Below, one piece after another: positions 47,451 through 59,035 of a stretch of DNA of 64,000 bases. This stretch comes from Camelus dromedarius. Taxonomy: Eukaryota. The translations under genes were made by a program, and so were the position numbers. Position 1 is the first letter of the stretch. Each line of letters begins with the position of its first letter. The notes under the pieces are model-generated. The model worked only from the letters and a program-made list of their open reading frames with translations, did no database searches and was not told the origin of the DNA. Where the stretch lies: contig NC_087437.1 of assembly GCF_036321535.1 (NCBI RefSeq), positions 14,572,001 through 14,636,000 of the forward strand, written 5' to 3'.

Positions 47451-50400
47451 TATCTGATTGCAAGACCTCATTGTTTCTGCCACCTCAGTTCCTCTCAGCC
47501 TCCATTCAATGAGGTGGGTTATGGAGACCACAGCAGAAGACTTTGTGTGCAGTTCTTACTAGATTTATCCAGGGAGGTTTTTCTTTGTTTGTTTGTTTTT
47601 TCAATCCTGTTGGTTTTAGTGAGAAGCCAATGTGGAGAACTATTTATTAGATGCACACGAAGAATACCCTAGAATACAGAGTTGGCATCGTGTTAAAAGC
47701 CAATGTTACCCGCTCCTTATACTTTAAGGAGATTGTGTCCATTGGATGATCCTGTGACTACTTTGAGCATTTTGCTTACAACTTTATTTTCATATTAACC
47801 TAACAGAAATGGTAACTAAAGAGACACATGAAACATAGCTTCTTCAGTAGGTTTAAAAATGTTAGGTATTAAAATTCAGCAAATTGTACATCTGAAATAT
47901 ATGTAGTTTACTGTACAGAAATTATACCACAATAAAGTTGTTTTTTAAAAATGTCAGGTATTGACATGCATCCTCCTGTGTGGTGGGGAGTCATAGTTCC
48001 GATCAGAGTTGGAAAACCCAGCTCTTACCACCTATGTGATTTGATCTTGGAATTTCTCCTTAAACTAGAAGGAAGCCAACTAGATTTTTGAACAGCAAAA
48101 TGACATGCTGGGCTACAGGGCAGGGGTACCTCTTTCCAGACTACCAAAAGTTCTGAGACAAAGATGTTGTTTAAAGGATACCAGGGTATTGATAATGCTG
48201 CCTTCACCACCCACCCCCATGAAGTTGAATGTATGGGGAGCAATGTGATGCTGATTTGGGCTCAAGAGTTAGGGAACACCTGTTTTTGTAAGGATTCCTT
48301 AAACAGAACCATATGTTATGTTAATCTTAGTTCTTCCAAAATGAAGATCTAAGACTCAAACCTACCAGAGCAGTGACATAACCAGAATCTGGTGTGACTT
48401 CAGATATCCTAAGAACCTATCCATCAGGGAACTGGAAGCCAGGGGTCCCACGCCAAGGACTGCTGTATCTGCTTCTGCCCTTGTAGTCTTCTCATCTCTG
48501 ACACCATAAATTAGGACCTGAATCTAACTCAAAGTGGGCATGTGAGGTCTGCCACAACTCTATCACCCTTGTGCTTGACAGAGACTTACTAGGTGTGAGA
48601 CATGAATTGGGAGAAAGGCAGTGCAGTGGGAAGAAATGATCACTTCTTACACACAGGGAGGCAGCCTAGGAGCCAGCCAGGAACCTCGCTGTCTGCTCCG
48701 GTGGCTACGTTCACGCCCTCCCTTTCAGAAAAAGAATAGTGCTGTGTCTTGCCTACTATCCCTTTTAATCAAACAGCCTGTTTCCCACTCTTTCCTTCAC
48801 AAGCACCAGGCACGTGATTTCTCCCAGATTTTGTGCCTTGACATTCTGGAGGAGCACTGGTTTGCTTGTGTCCTTTAAGGTTGCTTAGCAATGAGACCAC
48901 AGGAGGCAGGGCGAGCAGCATGGGGTTTCCCAGGTGGCTCTGCTTCTCCCTCTTGCGTTTGTTGCCACCCTCTCCTTCAGCTCATTTTCATCTTCTGATC
49001 CCTCGGTAAAGTTTCAATCTCAGTTTTTATGTTACAAGACTTATGCTTGCGCCCATCTTGTAAACCACCTTGAAGCCATTTTGAAAGTATGAACGGCATA
49101 CATCAGCAACAAATTACATCATTTCAGACCTCCATGTCTGTGGTGGGGGCGTGGCACTCACCACATCACGTGTGTGCCGGTGACCCTCTGAGTGGGAGGC
49201 ACATCTGGAGACTGACTGACATGCAGGCATCTGAGAGCCGCCTGCCGTGCTGGAGGGCACAGAAGGGTGAGCTAGTCCCCTGGAACGTCGCTCAGCCCCA
49301 TCTCCAGGGGAGCTTGGCCAGGAAGCTTGTTTACTACAATGAGCTGTACAGAATAGAAATATTAGGGTTTTGATGTGGATTCTAGCAGCCCATTTTTTAA
49401 ATAGCATGTTATGGAAGGAACAGGATTTTGGGGTTAGACAGACCTGGGTCTGAACCTCAGACAGCAGAGAGATACAAGATCCTTAACGTAGAGAAGAGGC
49501 CCACAGTATGGCATTGCCTTCCCTGCCATGCCAACAGGCACCCACGCCTCACCAGATCCCCACATCCCCCCACCCTGCCAAACAGAACCTGGCAAGCCCG
49601 GCTCAGAGAGGGCTTTAAGGAGCCAAGAGCCTCCTTCACTCTAGCAGTAGTTGTCAGATCTTACTTTAAATGTCATATAACCATTTTTTTTACATGGATA
49701 TAAATTTCTAATTTGGCTTTTTCCTTTACACATTCCTTTGGCATATGTGCTAAGCACATGTTTGAAAAAAAAATAACTATAGTTTAATTCTGATTTTCTT
49801 CCTTTAAAATGATCAGCACTTCACGCTCATATACATAATTCATTATGTAAACCAGAAGATTTGCTTTTGAGCTCACGGGAGGGGGAGGGCAAGTGTGAAG
49901 ATACAGTTTTGTGGGTCATACCAAGTTAGCACCTGCAGGAGTTCCATAGTTAGACCTGTTTGCATCCGGGTGGCTGCCAGTGCACAGATATCCAGCTGGA
50001 GTGTCTGAATAGCACTACGCAGCACTTGGAAAGGGTTGCAAAGGATGAAAATGCTACAACATCCTGCTTCGAGGGAGTTGGTTTTTTTCTTTACCTCCTA
50101 CAGTTTGAAAGTAGGACTTTGTTTAAGCACACATCTTCTTCTAGATTTACATTGTTAGAGAAGCTTCTGTTGATTTTAACATCTCTGAGACCAGTATTCA
50201 TCTTACGGTCGCCGTCAGCCAGACAGCACTCACACGTGGTTCTCACTGCCCACACCGGGGCGGGTGTCGGTTGTAGTTGCTCATCTCATCTCTCTATTTG
50301 AGGCACATGCATCGTTGGTACTATGCACCTTCAACTGCCATGTTCAAGTCTTCACAAGGATTCACTGTGACTCAGCATTGAAACAAAAGGTGGTTGTGTG

Positions 50401-51469
50401 TGCAGAGCTGCGGGGCAGAAATTGGATATCTGTGGAACAAATGTTCATTCATTGCAGGAATGGTCTCCATTCCATACTCCAAAGCAGCAACCAAGTTCTA
50501 GGTGGGACTAAAGGAAAGACGACCTCGTAAAGCGGATGAAACTGGGTTGTGTTTTGTCGCTGAGATGCTTGCAAAAGGATTGGCAATTATGCACCGTGTG
50601 GTATAAGCGATAAAAATTTCTAGGTAAGACCAAAGGGGCTCTTTCAATAGTATAGAACAAACATTGTAAATGTAAGAAAGCACTGTGTTCTAGATTAATT
50701 GGCAGTATTTATTTTCCTTACAGGTTCATAAAACAATAGTATGTTGCTTCTTAGGTTTGATGAAATACAGTGCTTAAAACAGAAGAGCTAGAATTTCCTG
50801 AGATAACTGTTATACCTATTGCCTGGTTGTTAGCATGAGGGAACTTATAAAATTCACTCCCAGAATCACATGTCTGACCACAGGCAGACACATCCTCAGA
50901 TGGTTGCAATGAGAGCAACGGAAATTGCATGGAATCCTAGAGTGAGGAAGCTGTGAAGGAGTCTTGGGGATTCCATGGTCTTTCAGAGGGAGACGCTGAA
51001 GCCAGATTCCAGAAGCCTCCATTCAGTCTCTGGTCATTCATTTATTCCAGTGGACCATGAGCATGTGAAGCATGGATGCCCTTTTCCCAGTGCCCCAGAT
51101 GGACACTTGGGGCTCAGTGGGGAGTAGGGAGGGTAGAGGAGAGGGAGAGGAGAGGAATCATGGGAAGGGATGAGGTTCCAGACTGGGCAGCATCCTTTAG
51201 CCCTTAGCAGTGTTTGTTTTCCGTGGACGCCTTCTCCACAATTCCCTCTCACCTCTCTCTTCTCCCCACCCACCCACCCCCCTCAACCTCGTCTTCTCCC
51301 TCTGCTTTTGTCCCCTCCTCTCCTCCCTTCCTGTCCTCCTCAAGATGGCAGATTAGTTGGCGTGGTGAGGGAATTGGGGCATGCAAGGAGAAAGCACAAA
51401 CGGGAGACTGTGAAGAAGCACTTTAAAAACGTCACTGGAACCTTTTCCATCTCACTACCATACACTAGA

Positions 51470-51620
51470 GAAGGAGTTGGCAAACTACAACCTTCTGGCT
51501 CTTTTTGTTAATAAAGTTTTACTGAGTCACAACTGCACCTGTTCATTTGCATCTTATCTAGGTCTGCTTTCACCCCGCAGGGGCAGGATTGAGTATCCTC
51601 AAGGCCTAAAATGTATACAA
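51470..51620. mobile_element. MER58A-like hAT-Charlie fragment
   Basis: ggagttggcaaactac..tttttgttaataaagttttactgagtcacaactgcacctgttcatttgc. Confidence 0.7.
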
Positions 51621-51634
51621 GTGCAGTCTAGATT

Positions 51635-51907
51635 CGTGCTTCCCCAAGAGTATTCTTCAGAATTCTAGTTCTGCAAAATGTTAAATAGGTGTTGCTGGAA
51701 AGAAAAAGATGATAAGGTCTAAGTTTTTTGGAAACTCGGGTTTTTAATCAGAGAACTTCTTAGCACCTTTAATAAACTAACGTGTTTTGTGAATTACTGG
51801 GACATAACTGAAGTATGCAGCATTTTCCCAAGTTTATCGGGGAACCCTTTTCTTTCAGAGCACCTGATGGGTATAGAGTTCCTAAGAACACATTTTGGAA
51901 AATGGCT
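51635..51907. mobile_element. MER103C-like hAT-Charlie element
   Basis: cagagaacttcttagcacctttaataaactaa..gtatgcagcattttcccaagtttat..ggaacccttt..gttcctaagaacacattttggaaaatg. Confidence 0.65.
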
Positions 51908-52184
51908 CTTTAATAGTATCCAAGATATATTATTAATGGAGGAAAGCCAGGTGTGTCCATTACACACTCCTCTGTATAAAGAGTGAGACGGGAAATATAC
52001 TTAAGCGTTTGCTTGTGAATGTTTCAATTATCTCTTGAAAAGCCCACAATGAAGTGGTAACACCACTCACCTTGAGGTGCATTGAAGCTGGGAGAGACAC
52101 TTTTCACTGTACTGATTTTGATTTTTGGGTCATGCCAGTATTCTTCATGACCTAAACAATCAGTCTGTCGATCAATGTAATTAA

Positions 52185-52687
52185 ATAAAAATGTAAAATG
52201 GTAAACCACGTTGGAAAACAGTTTGGCAGTTTTCAACAAAGTTAAATATACACTTACCGTATGTCCCAGCAGTTCTAGTCCTAGGTATTTACCCAAAAGA
52301 AATGAAAACATATGTCCGTGCAAAGACTTGTAAACAAATATTCATAGCAGCTTTATTTATGATGGTCCTAAACTGGAAACAACCCAAATATTTATCAGCA
52401 GATGAATGAATATACAAATCGAGGCAGATCCCTGTGATGGAATACTACTCAGCAGTGAAGAAGGAACACACCACTGAGACATGCGGCAAGTAGATACATT
52501 TCATAGAAGTTACACTGAGTGAAAGACACAAGAGGTTCTCTCTAAATCCACTTATGTGAAAATCTAGAACACAAGAAACAGACCTATAATGATGGAAATC
52601 AGATCATTGGTTGCCTGGAGTGGGTATAGAGGAGGAGACTTGACTGCAAAGGGACACAAGGGAACTTTCTAGGGAGATGGAAACATC
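52185..52687 (+). mobile_element. Old L1ME/MB ORF2-end/3' UTR fragment
   Basis: tggaaaacagtttggcagtt..cctaggtatttacccaaaagaaatgaaaacatatgtcc..aactggaaacaacccaaat..atggaatactactcagca. Confidence 0.85.
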
Positions 52688-53559
52688 AAAGGGAGCAATG
52701 GAAGAGGAAGGAGTATTTGGTCATGAGAAGTTGGATCAGGTTAGCCCTCTAGTATGGTTGAAAGTCTCTGCCCTACAGTCTGGGAACCCCTGCGAGATAG
52801 ACAGAACTGAGCAGACTCTGCCTGCCTTGCTCGCTTCTTGGTTTGCCAGCTAAGGGTTCTGGTCTAGAAGCCAGCTCTGCAGGAGCAAAGCTGCTCTCCC
52901 TGGTTGATGGTCCCTGTTCCCATCAGTGAGGCTGGTGACCCTTTCTCCCACTTGCCATGCACAGGGTCAAACTATGCTTTATGCTGTCCCTGGTGGTGTT
53001 CCCTCTGTTTCTGGGACTTTGCCAATTCCAAGGGTAGCTGCAAAGTCATTTTGGGTGTAGTGGCTATTGAAAATGTAAGTAATGCATCTGATTGTGCTAC
53101 AGTCCTGAAAGATTATCCCAAATGGGCTATCTCCAGCTTACAAACTAATTAGACTCCAAAGTAAGACAACAAAAAGCCATATGACTTTTAGAACACATCT
53201 CTTGATTAAAATACTATTAGGGACAGTAAAAACAATAATAAAACCAACCAACCTCTAAAAGTTCACTGAAGTGGACTAGACTATCACAGCCTTAATCTAA
53301 CTTCAAGGCATCCAACATGCTTTGTTTCCATTCTCACTTCAAAGCCAAGTCTTTTCTTCATACTGGGCAAAGGAAACAGCCTTATCCACAGACCTTTGAA
53401 GATCCTTACCTGTTACATAGTAAAAGACCCAGTTGTCTTCTTTGTTCACAGATGTCCACGTGTGATCCAGCAGACACGTCTCGGCAGGGTACAGACCCTC
53501 TGGGGACTGTAGCACATGAATGAGGTGTGTAGCCAAGGCTGGGTGGAGGGTGACTCGGA

Positions 53560-54285
53560 GCCTGCCTACAGAGCAAGACACACCTGGTTTGCACCTTGAC
53601 TCTGCCACATACCAGCTGTGAGATCTCAGGCAAATTATATAACCTCTTTGCTTGTTTCTTCATCTGTAAGGGAGCTGCGATAAGTAACACCTAGCTTGAA
53701 GGCTTATTGTGTGAGTTACATGAGACAGTGTAGGAGTTCCACTTGCTATTGCTGTGTAACAAACCACCCCAAAACTTAGAGGCTTAAAACAATGATACCA
53801 TTTGTTTTGTTTATAAACCTGCATTCTGGACAGGACTTGGTGGGGACAGTTCATCTCTGCTTCACTTGGGATCAACTGGGCTAAAGTCTCCGGAGGCTCA
53901 CATATCTGGCAGTTGATGCTGAGGGGACTCCTACAGCAGGGGAGCTTAAAGAGCTGGGACCTTTGGGCACCTCCCTCCATCTCCGTGTCATCCACCCAGC
54001 ATGGCGGCTTCAGGGAAGCCAGACTTACTACAGGTCACGTTTTATGACCTCTAGTGGACCTTGGAACTCATAGTGTCTCTTCTGCCATTGTCACAGGTCT
54101 GCCAGATGCAGGGCGAGGGAACACGGACCCCATCTCTGGATGAATGTCAATATCACACTGTAGGAAGAACCTGTGGGGTGAGATATTTTGGTGTAGTCAT
54201 GTAGAAAATACAGTCTGGCATAGTAGTCACATACATAACATAGTACCTGGATCAGAGTAGGACCAAATAAATGATACTTACCTGA
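53560..54285 (+). mobile_element. MIR SINE split by an MLT1 LTR
   Basis: actctgccacataccagctgtgagatctcaggcaaatt..ttcttcatctgtaa before the LTR; acatagtacctggatcagagtaggaccaaataaatg after it. Confidence 0.7.
53729..54222 (-). mobile_element. MLT1 (E/F-like) ERVL-MaLR solo LTR
   Basis: tgtaggagtt..ctattgctgtgtaacaaaccaccccaaaacttagaggcttaaaacaa..ccagcatggcggcttcaggg..gaaaatacagtctggca. Confidence 0.8.
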
Positions 54286-55517
54286 CCACTACTACCACCA
54301 CCACCACGGTTACTGTAATCACTTCTATTATTAATATTATGGGTTATATGTACCTGTCACCATTGATGTTCTGGCGATGTTCTGGCAAGCACCTTTCCCA
54401 CATTGGTTGAGATCCACAGACTCAAAGCTATTTCCAAGAAATCATTTAATGGAAACCCTGCTGTTGGCCCAAAATTTCTGCAGCAAAATTTGCAGTGAGT
54501 GAAGGTGATATCGTCATTGTGAGTGGAGATTGGCTGTGGATACACAAGCTGTAAATAAAATGAAATCGAGGTTGGGGGAGCAGAGAGCTTCCATATAAAA
54601 GCTTCCATATAAAGTTGAGTTTGTCAGGTACCCGCATCTTCCTCCGCAATGATGACACCCCGTGGAGACCCCTGTTCCCAGCACTCCCATCCCACTCCCT
54701 TAGGGAAAGAAATGCAGCATTAGCTTAGCAGGTCCTTTAGTTCACAGCAGGGCCTACCCACACCGCAATGCATGGAATTCTGTGGACTGGCGTGCCTCGG
54801 TGCGACCCCACTGAAGACCAAGCGCAGAATTTGGACTTCATCCATTGAAAGGCATCAGCTTGGAAAGAGCCCCGGAGAAAATAAAGACCATGAATCCAAA
54901 GTGCAAAATCATGGAGTCAGCATGGACTCTTTTCCTAATGGAAAAGGATCTCTACAGCCACCCCTAATCCTCCGCTGGCTTAGGGTGCTCTGGGGAGCAG
55001 CTGCATTTAGAAGCTGACCCACTTGTCACCGGCTGCCTCCTGAGCGGCTGCCTCTGCTCTCTTGCAGTCTGTTTCTGGACCTGGGCTGCCCAGTCCCAGT
55101 CGTCTCCACAGGCAGCTGGTGGCGCACACAACCCAGGGATAACAAACACATCTTTTGAGGCTGTGCTTTACAAATGCAAATTGGTTACACTGCAGGCAAT
55201 GCAAATTGGTTACACCACGGGCAGACAGTTCAGATTCCATTTGTTCCTGGCTCACTTTAGGTTAAAAAGGTGCAGGGGACAGGGAATCCAGCCAGGCCAG
55301 AGGGCATTGTTTCCAGAAAAAGCAGCATCTGAAGGAGCAGAGCAGAGTGGGATGGAGCACTGCTGTAGCTCACCTGTTTTTATCTCAAACTTCCTAAATG
55401 CCTGGACCATTTTCTGCATGGCGTCCCCACCCTACCTGTTCTCCATAATAGTAATCAGGTGGATGACAAGGTCTTCCCTAACAAAATGAATCACTGATCC
55501 TCTGCAGGCCCTTAGGG

Positions 55518-55715
55518 CAGGGCCTCTCAGAAACTTTGATGAGATCAGAATCACCTGAAGGCTTTATTGAAAACAAACAAAAAAAGACACAAATTGCCTA
55601 GCCTGTTCCCCGGGTTTCTGATTCAGTAGGTCTGGAATAGGGAGTCAAGAGTCTGTCTCTACCAAGTTCCCAGGGGATGCTGATGCTGGGGGTCACACTC
55701 AGAGCAGCTCCTCTG
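55518..55715. mobile_element. MER5A hAT-Charlie element
   Basis: atcagaatcacctgaaggc..tttctgattcagtaggtctgg..caagttcccaggggatgctgatgctg. Confidence 0.8.
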
Positions 55716-55789
55716 GCAGTACATCTCCCTCTATGGTGGTATCGTTAGATTCTGTTTTTCATTGTTATTTTTATAGCCAAGACTTAGAT

Positions 55790-56091
55790 CAGTACGGTCC
55801 AATGGAAATATGAGCCACAAATATAATTTAAATTTTATAGTAGCCATATTAATAAAAGAATTAAATTAATTTTGATGACATATTTTATTTAATCAAGTAT
55901 ATTCAAAATATTATCATTTCAATATGGCATCCGTACAAAAAATTATTCATAGGATAATCTACACTTTTTGTACTAAGTCTTCAAAATTAGGTATGGATTT
56001 TACACCTACAGCACATCTCAATTTGGACTAACCACGTGTGGAGTGCTTTACAGCCACATGTGGCCCGTGGCTACCAGATTGGGTGGTGCAG
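55790..56091 (+). mobile_element. MER33 hAT-Charlie element, near full length
   Basis: cagtacggtccaatggaaatatgagccaca..tactaagtcttcaaaat..acagcacatctcaatttggacta..cagccacatgtggcccgtggctacc. Confidence 0.85.
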
Positions 56092-56099
56092 ACATAGAT

Positions 56100-56880
56100 A
56101 ATGCTTACTGTGTACTAGACAGTGTTATAAACCCTATATATGTTAACTCATTTAATCCTCACAATAATCCTAGTGTTATTCCACAAGGGGAAGGGAAAAG
56201 ACCCCAGTTCTTGTCAAAAATAAGAATTCAGACAGGAGACAAAGCGTTGTGTAGCAAAAACTTTTAAAGGTTTTATTAGCAAAAGGAAACTACACCTCCA
56301 AGAACAGGAGGCAGGTTGATCCAAGAGCGGATAGCAAGGGTCTTTCTTCACCTCTTTTCTTATACCCTGGCTTAGAGGCGGTCTCTTGATTGACTGACGG
56401 CATTTGCCCCCGGAGTGCTGAGTCACGCTCGTCCCTTTTTGTGCCTGGGCTTGCCCGTGATGCACACAGAAAAACCCACGGCAAGGGAGGAGAGACTAAA
56501 CCGCAATGCTGATTATATTACAGTGAGCATTGGGTCCTGTCCGGTTAGGTCCTTGTCGCCAGTGCGCAACTGCAGCTGTTGGGTTCTAACCAGTTTCTTG
56601 CTGGCACTCATTTAGAGGAAGTAAAGCCCCTTTATGCTGGAGGCGGGCATACTGCCATCTTCCGGACCATTCCCTCTCTCCTCCACCTTACCTGCCCAGT
56701 GCCCCCGCTTATCTAACTACCTAGCACTAAGAGGTAGATAGTGTTATTAGTCCCATCTTACAGGTGAGGAAACTAAGGCACAGAGAGCTTCAGTAACTTT
56801 CCCAAGATCACTGAGCTAGAAAGTGGAGGCAGAGGTTTGAACCTTGGCAGTCTGGCTTCAGGGTCAGCCACCTTACCGCA
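56100..56880 (-). mobile_element. MIR SINE split by an ERV1 LTR
   Basis: ttaactcatttaatcctcacaataatcctag | ctaagaggtagatagtgttattagtcccatcttacaggtgaggaaactaaggcacagagag: the halves join into one MIR. Confidence 0.85.
56174..56726 (-). mobile_element. ERV1-class solo LTR, relatively young
   Basis: TG...CA termini fixed by the interrupted MIR; flanks ctag/ctaa; minus-strand AATAAA near 56273-56278 and TATAA near 56360-56364; CpGs retained. Confidence 0.85.
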
Positions 56881-57102
56881 AGGCTCTCCTGCTCAACAAC
56901 AACTCCCGGAGGGTAGGGAGGAAGCATTAATCTGTGTGTCCCCATAGCTCAGACAGGACCCCCAGTAAGTGTGTGCTGAATGAGTTATTGAGAGAGAGAG
57001 GCAAGTGAGGAGGGATTTGTCAGACGTTCAGCCAACAGGACTGAGTAGCCTCCACTCATCATTCTCCGTGACTGGGTAAGAGGGAATATTTTAAAATTGA
57101 AC

Positions 57103-57433
57103 TTGAACATAGTCCCCTGTGCTGTACAAAAGAAACATTTTTAAAATCTATTTTTATGTATAGTGGCTAATATTTGTAAATCTCAAACTCCCAAATTTAT
57201 CCCCTCCCATCCCCTTTCCCTGGTAACCATGATTGTTTTACTAAGTCTGCAAATCTTTTTCTGTTTTGTAGATAAGTTCATAGTGTCCTTTTTTCTTTTT
57301 TAGATTCCACATATGAGTGTAATAACCTTTAATGGAAAAAATATGAAAATGTATGTACATGCATGACTGGGACATTGTGCTGTGCATCAGAGACTGACAC
57401 ATTGTAACTGACTGTACTTCAATTTAAAAAACA
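57103..57433 (+). mobile_element. 5'-inverted (twin-primed) short L1 insertion
   Basis: 57103-57319 is antisense L1 3' UTR and 57320-57433 is the sense terminus with A-tail; TSD ttaaaattgaa (57091-57101) / ttaaatttgaa (57434-57444). Confidence 0.9.
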
Positions 57434-57712
57434 TTAAATTTGAAATGATCTATTCTCAAGGAGCTTTCAGGAAAGATGTGAGAAAATACACAATGTCAAG
57501 AATAAAAGTCTTACCTGTGACCATTTAGAGTGGCATCCACAATTAGGGTGCCTGGAGCCAGGAAGGGGTACCCAGAGAGAGGGTACCCAGAAGCAGTGGA
57601 TCGTTAAAGGGATGTTAAGTGAAGTGGAAGGAACCCTGTGGAGTGAGACACAGGAAAGGATTGAGAAGAAGGGAGACTCGTCATCATCCCTGCATCAGCA
57701 GCACTGACAGGA

Positions 57713-58100
57713 TGCCGTAACTTGCAGACATAGCTCCCGGGAAGCAGACCATGAGCTGCAGATTTGCATTCAGCACCGTTAGGGGTGTAAGGCATCAGGA
57801 GTGGGCACAGGGAGAAGCTGGGCTGCGATGCAGTCACACTGAAGGCCTCAGCCCACCCTGAGTTGGGGTGGCCCTTTACAGTCCTTCCAAATTGAGGCAA
57901 GTCCTTTAACCCCACGTGGACCAGTCACTGGATGTGGGTTTCCCAGGAAGAAGGTGTCACCTTGAGACGAGAGCAGCTCCTGAAGAGAAACTTGGCTGTG
58001 TGTCCTCAGCTGCCAGCCCTCCTAGCAGTGATGGAGCAGAGGCCTCCTTGCTATGGGGCAGAAAGAGGAACCTGGCTGGTGGACAACAGTGTCCACTACA
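57713..58100 (-). mobile_element. LTR33-like ERVL solo LTR
   Basis: cccgggaagcagaccatgagctgcagatttgc..gggcacagggagaagctgggctgcgatgcagtcaca..ggaccagtcactggatgtggg..gtccactaca. Confidence 0.75.
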
Positions 58101-58931
58101 CCAACTCAGTGCAAAATGTAAAGAACCAACAAGAGGGCATCCTGGCGAATGGAAGTCACGGGACCGAATCCCAACATAGCCAGCTTGCATGGGGAATGGT
58201 TGCAAGGCCACACAATTAGGGAGTGAGTTTACCCCTAGTTCTGTTTGGTTCCAGTGCCCATGTTCTCTCCACACTTCTCCAGGAAAGAGAAGAGAGAGGT
58301 GAAGAATAGAACGTAAACCCCCATATTACCAAGCGTCCTGGTCCTAGATCTGTGGTATGCAAACACTGTATGTTCTAGATTCTAAAAGAAATCTGGACCA
58401 CATTTGGGGGCCACGTTTGCCTGTGTACCTTGGTCACCTGACTTGTTGGCTGCTGGGGCTGGAGTAAGGGGGAGAGCGGCTAAGGAAGTTTCAGTGACAG
58501 GGACCATCCCCACTTCTCCCCTGCCTGGGAGGTCAGGGCAGCTACCTTCCTACTGCTAGGAGGGTGTCCACAAAAGACAACATTCCCAAGTTGGGCTATG
58601 GTGGTGGCTGTCACACCACCCCCAGTCTTGGCCTGGGGATCAGCGCCTTTCAGGCATGTGCCTCAGTTTTTATCCTAGTCTTATTTTCTGGGTCCAGATC
58701 AGAGGCAGGGTATGGACTGTGTGCATGAAGTAGAGCCGGATCAGAGTGGAACAGCCTTTGCAAGCCTGACTCTTTAATCATCCGCTTGTCCTCTCTCTCC
58801 AAGGTCTGCTGAAACCAAGAGTCCTTTGATCAGGTGGTGACCTCACTGGGAGCAAAAGAAATCAAGCATTCCCACTAAAGGGTTTTTGCAACCAGTGGTG
58901 TCCACAGTTGAAAATAGAAAAAGACAGAGAA

Positions 58932-59035
58932 GGGGCAAGGTGCAGCTCAGTGGTAGAGTGCGTGCTTAGCATGCACAAGGTTGTGGGTTCAATCCCCAGT
59001 ACCTCCATTAAAATAAAAATAAAAATTTAAATAAA
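58932..59035 (+). mobile_element. tRNA-Ala-derived SINE (Vic-1-like, short form) with perfect 16-18 bp TSD
   Basis: cagctcagtggtagagtgcgtgcttagcatgcacaagg..gggttcaatccccagtacctcca; TSD agaaaaagacagagaa(gg) starting at 58916 and 59036. Confidence 0.95.

Noticed and set aside
50496..50632. Possible exon bounded by ttctag/G and AG/gtaag
   Set aside because: All three plus-strand frames contain stops and the acceptor lacks a polypyrimidine tract.
2508..59035. Nine tRNA-Ala(AGC)-like sequences as tRNA genes
   Set aside because: Each has a 5' G-rich extension, an A-rich tail, stem-breaking substitutions and usually a TSD, so they are SINE copies.
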